Of a DNA stretch of 64,000 nucleotides, positions 27,630 through 40,177 are shown piece by piece. Below the pieces are notes generated by a model. The model searched no databases. It saw nothing but the letters and a program-made list of their open reading frames with translations, and was not told where the DNA came from. How positions within the stretch are numbered: position 1 is the stretch's first letter; every line of letters begins with the position of its first letter. A program made the position numbers and the translations under genes. This DNA is from Ramazzottius varieornatus (Eukaryota > Animalia > Tardigrada): assembly GCA_001949185.1 (NCBI GenBank), contig BDGG01000002.1, forward strand, positions 5,446,448 to 5,510,447, written 5' to 3'.

Positions 27630-30445
27630 CGTCGACCTGTAAATGAGAACAATGGACTAGTAAAATCGGAATCCTCATCACGATCCTCTGGAAGTGCGAA
27701 CCGACTACCGAACAGATACAAGTCATAAAGAAAATCAACAACAAAACTGATCGCGAATCAGCTGTTTGTGTCGGCAGGCTCCAACCGAGTTGATTCCCCG
27801 GAAATTGATTGACGGCATCACTGGGTTGGTCGTTAAACCACTATGGGCGGGTTATCGTGACGTCATGGTACGCTTTCAGGCGGCACCTGCTTGATTTGCA
27901 GCCGACAGGTGTTGTCTGATGAGAAATCACAATTCGAATGTCATAACTACTACCAGAAGGCAACCATCTGTTGCTTCAACTTGAAAAGTGAAGAGATCAT
28001 TTTACCCGCAGCGCAGATCAAATGTAGCAGCAGCTGTTTCTGCTCTTTTCATTCTTCAACCAAACGGACCTGTCCAGTGGTCAAGCCCATGCCGGATCGG
28101 CGTTCTATTTATTGTCAGCACATTCTGAAGTTTATGACCGGCTACCTCTTCTCAAACACCACTCTTGTTCCTCAGCCTAAACTACGGATCGTAATCAAAA
28201 AATTTCGCCGGACATTCGCCTCTTCACTTCTCCCATCACAGCAGCGAGAGTTTATCGCTACGAGTCGGACATCTCTTAATTGCACCCGCCATTTTATAAT
28301 CCTTCAACTTTGACCTTGTAGGACTCTGTTGTAAGCAAACTTCTTCTCGCGGATTTTCGACGGATTTGTCACCGAAACTTCACAAGGATTTCGGCAGAAG
28401 GTGGTTGTTGACAAGTGACGACTGCCGTTTGTGTGAACAACTACCAGAGAACTTCCATCGGCATCGCTCTTGACGGAGGGGAGGTGTTGAAGGCAGTTTG
28501 AAGTTTTGACAGTTCTTGATCGATCTCTGCGTTGCCGTCGAGTGGGTCAGAGCACAATTGTCATTCCGATCAAGTTAGAGCCTCCATTTCAATCTGAGCA
28601 GCCACTTGTCGTCTAGCCCACAAAGTGCGCCACGTCTTGAAGTCAAGCAAACGAACCGGGTGGACTGGATCCTTTCGAATTTCAAGTCGTCGTTGCACAA
28701 TAAGATTTCTTTCCTTGTCAGTGGAAATCAAACAAGTTCGGAATTCCGAACACTGCTCGCTTTTCGTACGCTCGTGTTGCCGGTTGCATCTCCCAATCAA
28801 AATATAGTAAGTGATGTGGGCAAGCTGAATTCCATTCTTATTTTTTGTCACCTGCGCATTATTTTATCGCAACATGTGGGTGTTTTACAGCGTACATCAG
28901 TTTCACGGAACACAATCCGGATGTCGAAGAGGGCCTAGCTACTTGTCAAAATCGGAAGGTACTGTACTGTAACGTTGGTTGTCGTTGCGAATTTCCGACA
29001 TCTTTCCAATTGACTTTGATATCAAATGCGCGAGTAGCGTCGGTTAAATCGCTGTATTTAGCATCATGCGGACTGAAACCCTTAATGAAATTTTCATGTT
29101 AATCGAGGTTATTATAATCATAATAATAACCTTCATTTCGCTCGTATGCTGGCTAACTTAGGCTTAGCGCTGTAGGAGAAATATTGGAATAAGAGGTAAG
29201 AAATCCAGGAGAAAAGCAGTATGGTTTTGTTTTCTACGCAGGGAAGTCTTCGCAGCTTTTGATGGGCAACAAAGTGAACGTGACTATTGCCCATATAGCG
29301 TAGTGCTACTGGGAAGTGAATTTTAGGGACGCGGAAGTGACGTTCGATCAACGTGATTTTGCGGGAATGTTAGGAGTGGTTCATAGCATGCTAGGTTTCC
29401 ACGCAAGTTCCAAGGTTCACCACACCCTACTCACGTGGGTGACCGTGAGGGTCTTGAAATATTCACGCGGGTCACGATGATGGTCACGATGATGGAGTGG
29501 TGACTTAATGTCAAATAATTACCTTCGACCGAATAGTGTACGAGTTAATCAAGGTCAAATACCAGCTCGAGAGAAAAACTGACCAGATTCGGGTCGCGGT
29601 CATTTGAATAAGCTTCGTGCGTTCGGCGTACTCCGCAAGTGTGTCGGTATACCAGGAAAAAAACCCTCGTAGACCTGTGCAAGGTACACTGAACTTATCG
29701 ATAGCAAAAGGTAACGAGGGGCATTATGCGGTTTTTAGGCACGGCCCACGGGCCGCGGCTGACATGCCGTAACTATGTTATCTTTACTGCTGGCAGCATA
29801 CTTTACCGTGCAAATAAGAGCGCGATTAGCTGGCCCTTATGGCAGTTATCGCTCTTATGTATAAATGAATTTTATCATTTTGAAGGGCTCTCGTTGCATT
29901 TTTCAAAGTACGCAGTTCCTTCCTTCCTACACTCTAAACTTGTAACTACTTATCAAAACCAGTGCGAGCTTGCGTAAATGTCCCATTCATATCCGTATAA
30001 CAAGGCTCGTGTGTTCGGCTCACCTACAACTTGAACTGCCAAAGAAAGTGCCATTGTCTAAAGATTATTCTTGGCGTATTTACAAGACTGATCTCTTCGC
30101 TTTTGTCGCAGATATTCAACGAGGAAGGATTGGTTCGGGTTCAGAAAGACTGAAAAGAATCTCCCGCATTGACTGGAACTAAGAGGATTACATATCTCCG
30201 CTAGCTGTGCCAGTGAAATTCCTCCTTCGGGGCAGACTTTCCAGTGGGCGTTTCTCATTCACAACATTCACGTCCATCGCTCTAAAGTCCTCCTCTGGTG
30301 CGACTTTAAACTGTCCCCTGTAATTAAGTCTGCGCCAGTTCGGTCGGGTATTAAAAGGGGAGTGGGTGAGTTGGACGCTCCTAATCGGATTACTCGCTTC
30401 AGCTCTCCTCGCTGCCGCTCCTTTCCTCGTCTATGAGAAGTAAAC

Positions 30446-31243
30446 ATGTCTCTCTATTCTGACGCTCAATCGTCAGTGACGAGTTCGAGTCCGAGTACAC
30501 GGAGTGGACACACCTCGCCCGATGGCGACTACCGCATCAACACGTGCGCCCAATGGACCGCGTCTCTCTCACCGGTCAGCTGCGCTAGCTTCGGTGAGAA
30601 CGCGCCTTCCTCCGACACCCTTTCGCAGGATGAAGTCTCACAGATCGAAGCCTTCCACAAAGGCCTTTATTCCCAGGTTCATGTCTGTCCGGCTGTGGCG
30701 TCTCTGTACATATTTGTGGACCCAGCCATGAAGCATAGTCCCTCGAAGGTTCCCCAAAATAGGTCCCCACAGAAAACCGGCTGGACACTGCAGATCTCCG
30801 AAGCTGTACCTGTGATTGTACAAGTCACCCGACCAGACAAGAATGCCGTCTATTTTGTGTTAGCTGACCGAAGAACGGGCTTTCCTTTGTGGCGCGAAGC
30901 ACTGAATGCAGAGTCGAAATACCAGTCTATCGACGTTGATTATCATGAATTCCACGCTGCCTTCCTCAATACCAGGGTTGGATTAAGAATTTCATCGATA
31001 CCGGCGGCGACCAAGATGCTGCAGCACGTTCTGATGTTGACATTAAATCCATCTGTGTTTGGACAGAATGACAAGAAGAAGAAGAGGAAGTCGGTGAAAG
31101 CAAAGAAGACGGTGATGCCGCAGAAGAATAGCATCTCCCCTCCTTGTTGCTTCACACATGTTGCGCATGTGGCACATAAGGATCAGTTGCTTAGTCTAAC
31201 GGAATTTGTACATGCAAAAGACGATAGATTCCTTCTGAGGTAG
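30446..31243 (+). CDS. Intronless 265-aa protein with a WH1/EVH1-like fold, polybasic stretch and CRIB-like motif
   Basis: VASLY...W...VPVIV...VLADRRTGFPLWRE...YHEF...VGLRI pattern resembles the WASP WH1 domain, followed by KKKKRKSVKAKK and ISPPCCFTHVAHV (CRIB consensus ISxPxxFxHxxHV). Confidence 0.75.
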   Translation: MSLYSDAQSSVTSSSPSTRSGHTSPDGDYRINTCAQWTASLSPVSCASFGENAPSSDTLSQDEVSQIEAFHKGLYSQVHVCPAVASLYIFVDPAMKHSPSKVPQNRSPQKTGWTLQISEAVPVIVQVTRPDKNAVYFVLADRRTGFPLWREALNAESKYQSIDVDYHEFHAAFLNTRVGLRISSIPAATKMLQHVLMLTLNPSVFGQNDKKKKRKSVKAKKTVMPQKNSISPPCCFTHVAHVAHKDQLLSLTEFVHAKDDRFLLR

Positions 31244-32212
31244 TATTAAGCTTCGACTTCCGTGTCTGGAGTGCCGGCAGTCTTCTATTCTCTCGCTTGA
31301 CGGACTTGGCGACTGCTACTCTTAGTTTGAGCCTTTGTTGAGAATACTGATCTTACTCAGTGTTGACACTTCCTTATACTTCCTGGTTCACCTTGATCAG
31401 GTGTTGACTAAGAATACAAAATACGTTGACAGAGCAAACATTATTTTACGACCCTCCGCGCTTCGAACCTTCGCATAAACTACGTACCATGATGGGAATG
31501 TGCTGTGCCTTGGACTAAATGTGTGTTGAGCAGAGAAGCTAAGATTATTATTGAATCTGTAGTTGAGAACTGGAATCCGGAAGTGAAGTAGATGGAAAAC
31601 GTCTTTGCAAACTCGCGGAGTCTCTCAATGATGACACGTAATTACGATGGTTGATGGACATGTCATACGTGCTGACATCGTGCACCAATAACACACCATT
31701 GCACTTTACAGCTGATTGCTGGAAGTTGGATTTTTTTTACGTTTCCAGTGGAGCAGTTTCCGTTCGAGTTCGAATTCTTCGTTAAAGAATTCTTTTCATT
31801 TCCAATATGGTCGATCGCTTGGCTTCTTTGCCACTATCTCAATGGATTCTGGTCGCCAAGCTGGACTGTTGTGGGGTCTGCATGGACTGATATTCATGCT
31901 TGCCACTTCGAAAGCAGCTGCATGCGGACCAGAATGCGGACATCTTCTGGTATATGCAAGCGGATCTCCCTGATCCTGCCAACTCTCGGACTTGCTCTAC
32001 TGGATTTGGCTAGTTGTTCACAGTAAGTTGTGTGCTTGCAGATTCCTGGTCTGGTACTTCGGGTGGCGTTTTACGATTGATGACGCAGGCGTGGTCTGAA
32101 TTTCCCGCAGCGTGAGTTGCGCCACATGATCCGACCACATCGCACTCGTGATGCCAGGGCAGGCCTGTCGTTATTCGCGATCGGTGAAGAACTAGCGGAG
32201 TCAACGGACGAC

Positions 32213-34519
32213 ATGGACACAGCATCGGACATGGAGCCTTTAATAGCAGACCACATCGATATTACTGTACCAAACGATGAGATGGACCACGCTAACGACA
32301 TCTCGGCTCCGAAACATGCAGACAATCTCGGTCCGCAGTTCGAAGAGATCCTTATGCACCTTGGCGGAAATGGACGCTATCAAAAGTACATCGTATTCCT
32401 GGTCCTACTCCCGATGTGCTTTGCATCTTCTATAATGGCGTCTGCATGGGTAAGAATTATTATTATATATCTACGTCACTTTGCTATCATTATTTTCGTC
32501 TTCCGATAGCTCTTCATAACATCGACCCCGACGGACCACTGGTGCAGACTACCTCTGGACAACCTGACTTCGTCGATAGAGAAATCTCTACTTCCAATGG
32601 ACGAGAACGAGACGTCCAAGCATGCGGAGTGTCGGATGTTTGACTTGAACTACACCGAAGAGCTCGAAGTGCAAGGTGGTGTTCTTGGTTTGGTCGACCT
32701 TGTCAACAGTTCGCGGCAGCGCTTGCCTACGATACCATGTACAGATGGATGGGGCTTTGACCGGTATCCTCAAAGTCGGAGTCTAGCATCCGAGTTCGGG
32801 CTTGTATGCGGCAAAGACTTCTTGACGACATTAGTAAGTTCAGGGCAACAGGGAAGGCACTGAAGGTTTCTTTAGTGCGAAATATTCACAGAAATTGTTT
32901 TTATTCCAGGCTTTCATATTGCCGTCACTTGGAAGTGTCATCGGAATTCCTTTCGGTGGCTACTTAGCAGGTAAGTTGAATACTTGTTCTTACCATCGAG
33001 TCTTCTGCTGCTGACCCAACCATCATGTTGAATTTCCAGATCGTTTCGGGCGCAAGCCGACATATTTTGCGGCACTGTTGTTTTTCGTCGGTGTGGGGAC
33101 GATAGCCTCCTTTATTCCAACGTACGTGCCTTTTCTCGCTGTGGTCTGCATACAGAACATCGCTTCTAGCCCGGTGTATACTCTCCCGTACATGATTGGA
33201 GTTGAGATACTTCCGCCGGACAGTCGATCTACATTCGCGGTGCTGCTGACCGTTCTCTACACGATGGGTGGTGTAGTCTTTACTGGCTTAGGTAAACCCT
33301 TTTGAGAAGCAATTTGGCAAATTCAGCCATGGTGCTGAGTTTCTGATCTTCCACAGCTTATTTTGTGCGAGACTGGCGATGGCTTCTCTTTTCATCGACC
33401 TCGCCGTTCCTCCTCTTTTCCCTCTACTGGTTTATCATGCCCGAATCCCCTAGGTTCTTGCTTCAGGTAAGGTTACAGAGGCAGTTCGCAATATTAGTGT
33501 GGACTTTGATACTTCGATACTGTTTTGTTCCGATGGAGACAGACCGGAAGTTACGCAAAGGCTGAGAAGTGGTTGCGGATAGTCGCCCGGGTGAATCGGA
33601 AAGATTTCGGAGGCGCTACCGAAGGGAAGTTCCGACAGTTGACCGATGCTCATGCCAGACTGGCACGTGAAGATAAAGAACATCGAAAACCACGAGCTTC
33701 CTATTTCGACTTCTTCCGCACACCAAACATGCGCCGAAAGATACTCCTGCTGACGTACCTTGCCTGCAACGTCAACGTTGTCTACTCCGGCCTCAGTTTC
33801 TACGCTCCATGTACGCTATTAACAAACTTGTTGATTGTCTACCAATCAAGACGTTCCATGCTTTACAGCTTTGGGCTCGGATCCATACCTGAGCTTCTTC
33901 CTGGCCAGCCTGATTGAAATTCCCTCTAGCATTTTCACTCAGCTTACAGCTGATCGAGTGGGACGTCGGACGACCATGGTCGTCTGCTTCGCAGTCACCA
34001 GCATCGCCTGCTTTGGGACCGCGTTCTTGCCTAACAACAGCTCTTCCTCGTACGCGCCACTCCTAATTCTGTTCATGATCGCCAAGATGTGCATCACGTC
34101 AGCCTTCACCGTACAAGAACTCGTGGTCCACGGTAAGCTTCTTCTCAGTCTACTTTACCGTCCAAGTTGTTTTGTACATGTTCTTCTGGTCTATAGAAAT
34201 CTGTCCTACTGTTTTACGAGGAGAAGGTGTCGCACTGACGAACATCGTTGGATATTCGATAAGTGCGTCTTCTTGCTTTCTCCTTAACTGCTTGAGCGCT
34301 GAAATCTGTTGATGCGGGTTTTCTTCAGGTAACTTTGGACCAATAATAGTCAGTCAACGTGCCCATCAGACTGCATTCCCAATGGTAGTGTTCGGTGCCA
34401 CGTCCGTGATTGGCATCCTGTGTGCCTTGGCACTGCCGGAAACCTTGCATATGCCGCTTCCGGAAACCGTAGCCGAAGTGGAGAACTCTGGAAAGAAAGC
34501 AGACAAACGGCAGATCTGA
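32213..34519 (+). CDS. SLC22 / organic cation transporter-like MFS protein
   Basis: LGGNGRYQK; SLASEFGLVCGKD; YLADRFGRKP; MPESPRFLL; DFFRTPNMRRK; ADRVGRR; LPETLHMPLPET. Exact start uncertain (32126 or 32213). Confidence 0.93.
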
Positions 34520-35049
34520 TATTGAGTCCCGGTGTACCATATTACATTCCCGCGTGACCGGATACTGTGATGATTTTTCATTCCGCTTTTTGAAACTTGC
34601 CATGTTGAGAGATTTATTTTGACGATGTACGAAAGCATGCAGATGTTTCACTGATTCAGCATAGCTGCCATAGAATTAATAATCTTTAGACTATAATGTG
34701 ATATGAAAGGCAAAATGTTGTAGGCTATATATTCCTTTAGAACAAGAACGTATCAATGAAAAAAATAAAAACAAGGCAGAACAAAAAGGGTAAAACAAAA
34801 CGTTAGAAAAAAGTTCTTTTGGTATGCAATGCAGTAGAACGGAATTGTCAGAACAAAACAATTTGTTAAACCAGAGTAATGCTGAAATCGCAAACAAAAG
34901 CATGCCGTTCAGTCTAGATCATTTAGCTCCTGGTCTTTTGATTTAGAGCCTCCCCGGTATCTGTCTTCAGGCTTCTCTCGAAGATAAGGATGCCTGGTAC
35001 TGGCTCTTGATCTTGGTCGTTTCCATGTTTCAGCCTTTCCAAACGAGCT

Positions 35050-36162
35050 TTACAATCTTCCAGCGTGGACCGAAAGCACTTCCGCGGAAGGTATCTTCTC
35101 TTCTTCGGGCAGAGTTTTTAAGAGGTCTTCGAACTTTTTCTCGAACAAAGATGCCCTTACCAAATCTATTTCGTCGCAAATGATTTCATGTAACAACGCG
35201 GCTGTATAATAAGCGCAATTATAAAATTTGTACAACCTTGATAACGCATCACACTGTACAAAATGCATCCCTGCACGGTGTTCTATGTGGCTTTTTTTCC
35301 GGTTTGCAGTCAGAATTGGGGTTTCAGTCGGTGCTCCCAATAGCCACATGGAAGACCGTGCAGGGATGCATTTTGTACATTGCAGTACACAGATAATATG
35401 AATAATGGCCGACCTGAGTTTTGTTTCTCTTCCCCGGAAGCTTGCAAGCCTTCGCTCCTAAATGCTTTTTCCACCATATTCATTAAGTCGACCACTTCCG
35501 GTTGTGTCAATGAGTTGATCTGCTCCGAAATGAGATGATTGAGATGATCAGACGAGGTACCTGCATGGTAAAATCAGCAGGTGGTGCACAATGACGAAAC
35601 GGTGGACCGAGCATAGATGATACTTTTGAGAACATTAGCCACACACTACCTTCGAAGACGTAAGAAGTCCGCTCGTAATCCGTCAAGACAGTGGAGTGCA
35701 GATTATGGTCTCGGCAATGTTTCTGGATAGCTCTCTTTAATCCGAGCTTTTCTTGTCTGGCTTCGTCAATGTCATTACAAAGATCCTCTTCTTCTTCAAT
35801 GTCATCATCCCCAAAGTCCTGCTCTTCGAGGTCCGCCGAAAGAACTCTATAGCTATATTCTGCATCCTGAAGCAACATGCGAAACAGGGCGTGGTGAACA
35901 CACATAACATTAATCTTCATATGCAAAATTTTCAAGTTTTTCTCCGTACCAAATATGCTTTCTCGAGCTTTCGCAGACGAAGATCGGCCCTGGACGGTAC
36001 AGATTCTCCCAGTCCCACTGATGGTGACCTGTCAATGTCGTCCTTTGTTTTACCTTTCGCAGGGACTGCGGCGGTAGTGCAGTGATCTGTCGGACGTTTC
36101 TGGCGCGGCGATAACGGCGTCGCTTTTGTGGGACAATCGCTTTTCACTCCATGCGATAACAA
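35050..36162 (-). CDS. Uncharacterised multi-exon gene with an acidic stretch (DDDIEEEED)
   Basis: Several coding-like segments joined in frame by GT-AG introns (KLEKAYL/DAEYSY; KQNS/AALLHEII). No recognised domain; ends uncertain. Confidence 0.5.
35255..35379. mobile_element. 125-bp foldback MITE (family B) inside an intron of the 35-36 kb gene
   Basis: 38-bp arms TGTACAAAATGCATCCCTGCACGGTGTTCTATGTGGCT / AGCCACATGGAAGACCGTGCAGGGATGCATTTTGTACA (36/38 complementary), 49-nt loop. Confidence 0.85.
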
Positions 36163-36261
36163 AACACAGGATTAATGATGGAAGCTAGCCACATCTACAT
36201 GTTATGCACAGAAATACGGCTGGGTTTCCAGCTTAACGTTAGAAATCTGTCCATATCGTCG

Positions 36262-36269
36262 TATCGATA
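36262..36269. promoter_or_regulatory. DRE-like palindrome TATCGATA upstream of the 35-36 kb gene; another at 29696-29703
   Basis: Exact match to the DREF/BEAF-type element. An 8-mer can occur by chance. Confidence 0.25.
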
Positions 36270-36731
36270 TCGCTAGTCGCTACTCACCGAGGCATTAAAC
36301 ATTTACACTGGACAGCGGATAGTGCTTTGGCTTTGTCGTCCCAACTGCTATATGGAAGTCGACGAACGGAAAGATTCACTATGCTATCCGCGCTGGTTAT
36401 AACTTACAAATGCTCCCAAGACAGGAGAGTTTCATAAATTCCAGATTTCATCCAGAATACGGGCTCCAGATCGGGTGCTACTGTTGAAGCTTGAGATAAG
36501 AAAATTCAAATTTCCACAGTGGATGGAACCCAGATAACTTGTTGGCCGCTCGGTCCGGCGCGGCTGGGCTTAGAAATCACTGTGAAATTTCCGCCAAATC
36601 CAAATTTCGTTCCGGTCAAAATTCTGACGACCTGTAGGCGTCGAAGGGTTCAGCAGTATGCACCCTGGGAGTGAGAAGGCTATGACTGCAGGCCAATCCA
36701 GGGCGGGAAACGATACAGCCTATATCAAACT

Positions 36732-36891
36732 AGAGCACGGAATTTGACCGCATACGCTGCACTGTACTGCAGCTGTACTNNNNNNNNNNNNNNNNNNNNN
36801 NNNNNNNNNNNNNNNNNNNNNNNNNNNNNCTGTGCTGCAGCACAGCACAGCTGCAGTACAGTACAGCGCATGCGGCCAGATTCCGTGCTTT
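36732..36891. mobile_element. Foldback element spanning the assembly gap, with internal CTGCA/CAGCA/CTGTA repeats
   Basis: AGCACGGAATTTGACCGCATACGCTGCACTGTACTGCAGCTGT on the left is the near reverse complement of ACAGCTGCAGTACAGTACAGCGCATGCGGCCAGATTCCGTGCT on the right of the N run (36780-36829). Confidence 0.8.
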
Positions 36892-38971
36892 GACAGCGAA
36901 CAAGGCTGACTTCATGTGTTTCTGTTCCCTTTATTAGTTGTTTCCTGGAAAAAGCTGCATCTTTATTGCGTCCAGTTCGGCATAGCCTGGAAACGTATGT
37001 GCTCGATTTTTCGGCCCCAGGGCCGTCGCTACAGAGCGAGTGAATTCAAGCGGTTTGTTCCAGTTTCTAAGGAAAGCGAGAATGGGGAACACTTATGGGT
37101 AATCATCAGTTTGAGTCTGGTTTGACGGTTCACGCGGTTTTATGCAAGCGAGAGTTTCCAGTCAAGACCGGAAAATGTACATCTCGAGTCATGAAGCGAT
37201 GATACGTAGAGCTACTTGTCTGCTGCGGTGCGTATCGTTCTTCAGTAAACCTTGTCTGATATGTGCTTCTTAACAGAAACAAGAGTACCGAAAAACTGCG
37301 ACTGTCCTTCCGCAATCGCAGCAGTAAAAATTCAAAAAGTATTTGCTGTTTCTGAACTGAGGGTGGTGTACTGTCGCGCCGCCCTAGGTAATTCCAGTGA
37401 CTGAGACCATCGAACTGATGTCTTCTGTCAGTTTCGATATACCGACGTCACAGAGTACTCTTCGTGGCATTGCAGGATTGCACTGGCTGACGGTGTGTGG
37501 CCGAGATGGGAGGGAATGCTACTCTACAGGGTACAAATGAGGTGTTAACTGGGAACCCTTGAAACAGACAGCAGGAACTTTTAGAACTTGTGATTTCCGG
37601 GTTTGATGTCACGGAAACCGGTGAACCCACCCTATCGCTTGTTCCCAGCTTTTCCATCCTGCCGTTCCCACCCTGTTCTCCCGTGGCAGTTGCCACCTCT
37701 TGTGTATCAGAGCCATCTAGGGTGGTCGCTTTTCCACCATTTCCTGCCCTAGCCGACCCGTGGCTATGAGGTCCGAGCACTGGGGCAGCCAGCTGAGCCA
37801 CCGGCCAGGGCGCTAGTGTGTGGAAATGGCACAATTAACTGACAACGTGCGAAAGATCAATCAACCGCTCACATTTGAACTCTCACATTTCGATGCTCGC
37901 ATTTGCTCGGGACGGCTCCACCCCGCGTCCGTGATTTGCTTAAACCGATCGTGAGTGTCGAGATGTGATATGAGACTGCGGCTGCTCACAGTAGGCGACT
38001 GTTATGCGAGAACATTCGCATAACATTATTTATTTTGAGCAGATTTTCGGGTTCATTCAACGCAGTTTGATGATACATGATTGCGGAGGTGTAGGAAAAA
38101 TGTGCCAAGTCGATTTGACGGTTGAGCACACTTCGATGACTGTCCACACTTCGACGACTAGTGAAGCGCGAAACCTGTCTTACGAGGGGCCCTTCAGACC
38201 ATGTCATCCGATCACGAAACCAGTGCTCCCTTGTGATAGCTGAGGCCCTTAGCACTCTACGAAGTATCGGGAAGAACGGCGAATGACTACTTCCTGGAGC
38301 AGGAGCAAATACTTTGACCACGAGTTTGAAATGACGTTCGGAACATCATTTTACATCACAGTGATATGTTTTGTAAACCGCACAAGTTGGGTCTTCACTC
38401 CAACATTCGCGCAGTCCTTTGTCTGACGTTTACACGTACATGATTTACCTCCGCCAAATATTTGGTTCATGTAATGCACCAGCGTCACATACTTTTTTAA
38501 CCATCATACTTCGAACTGTTGTGATTGTCCAAGTTTACTTGATTTTAACAATAAGATACCACTCAAAATTATCAGTCACCGTCGTGAGGTTTCGCGCTCG
38601 AAGCATATATTTGGCGGCAGTCCATATGCACAAATCAGAAAGTACCCCTGTGGCATGCAAACCTTGGCTTGTCGTGGTCCGGGGTGAATGTTTACTGGTA
38701 CCGTTAGGTAAGTCGCTCACTCCACAACTTTTAGTTTTCACAAAATTTTTGCTACATTTTCCCCGAAAATGTTCGCTCTCGTTGCCCTTATCCTTGCAAT
38801 GATTCTTCCGCCCGGAATTGCTGCTCAGCATAACCGTGACTTTGCCTCTGGAAGAAGGCTCTACTTGTACTCCACTTTACAGATGGTTGTAACCTAACGT
38901 GGTTAGATCATTCGTGCCTGCCAATCAGTCCACACATATTGCCTAAGCTTGTTGTGGAATGATCAAAAATC

Positions 38972-39463
38972 ATGGATGGTATGGTTGCGTCAGCCTACAA
39001 CCATTGGTGAAGTTCCCTATACCCTTAAACATGTCTTGTTTCAGGCGGTAAGAACCGTATCCTGCCTACTACGGTAGCTGGCAATACGACTGCCCAACCG
39101 GAAGTGAAGCTGGAGGAAAGCGTCCGCCAATGTCCCGCTGCAGCTCCATGTCCACCTCCTCCTCCATGCCTTGCTGTACCTCCCTGCCCAGCTATTCCTC
39201 CCTGCCCAACATTCAACCGGACGGAGCCCGACCTGGAACATCGAAAGAATCGTGGTACCAAGCACGGGGACACTGGTGATGGAAAGTGCCCCCCTCCGTC
39301 CGTGAAGACTTACTCGAAGGTTGCCGGCGTGGAGTTCGGCGCAGAGACATCCTGCAAGGGAACGTCGCCGGAATTCCTCCTTACCCTAGGACTGGGTTCG
39401 ACAGGCATGCCGTGCTTCACGGCCATCGTCCTAGGCTACTTGCAGTATCTGGGCAAGAAGTAA
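38972..39463 (+). CDS. Small Pro/Cys-rich orphan protein with a hydrophobic C-terminus
   Basis: CPAAAPCPPPPPCLAVPPCPAIPPCP repeats; acceptor TTGTTTCAG at 39043 and a possible upstream mini-exon ATG GAT G|GTATGG. Confidence 0.5.
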
Positions 39464-40177
39464 CGATCAGCTCCAGCCGATTCGACGGAGACGGCATAGA
39501 AGGGATGAAAGGCCAAAAAGACACTGAACATCGTTAAACAGAAGCTGGGCCATCGCCGGCGAAACAGCTGGAGCTGATCGGTACGTTGAGTCAGGATACT
39601 CGTTTTACTTTTTCATTCGAATTTTCTTCTATTTCTTGACGTTTACCTTGTTGTTTTCCATATCTGGACGGAGTCTTTCATTTTTGCGTGATACCGCGTT
39701 CGACGCTAGATGTTCTGTTGTTTTCTTTGCCTGATTGGACTTTTGTCCGCTTTGTACAGTTTTAACTTGTAAATGGTCACCCGACGTGTTGCCCTTCCCA
39801 CTTCCGCTGTAGACGTAAGCAATCAAAAGCTTGATCATGAGGTTCGCTCTCCAGCAACGCGCGGTTTAGCAGCACATCAGTATGTACAACTGAAGAACTG
39901 ATCAGCTGTTCTGGAGCAATCGACCATTTTCCGATTTCATGAATCCTGGATCCTCCAATTATTCCCCTATTCCTGTTAATAGTTCTGGCATGTCAGGATA
40001 TTCTACTGACATTTTGGATTCTTTATGCGTCTTCAAGGCAAGCCACCAAGCGGTGTAGTATTCTCGGTCGTGACATCGGAAGTCTGGCAACACAGACTGC
40101 TGCCGAGTGCTTATCCCGTCCAGATGACCACCTATCGTTCCACTGAGACCTCCGTGTGAGTTTATTATACTTCCAGA

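Noticed and set aside
31440-31500. B-box-like GGTTCGAAGC on the minus strand as a tRNA
   Set aside because: No cloverleaf or A-box at the proper distance.
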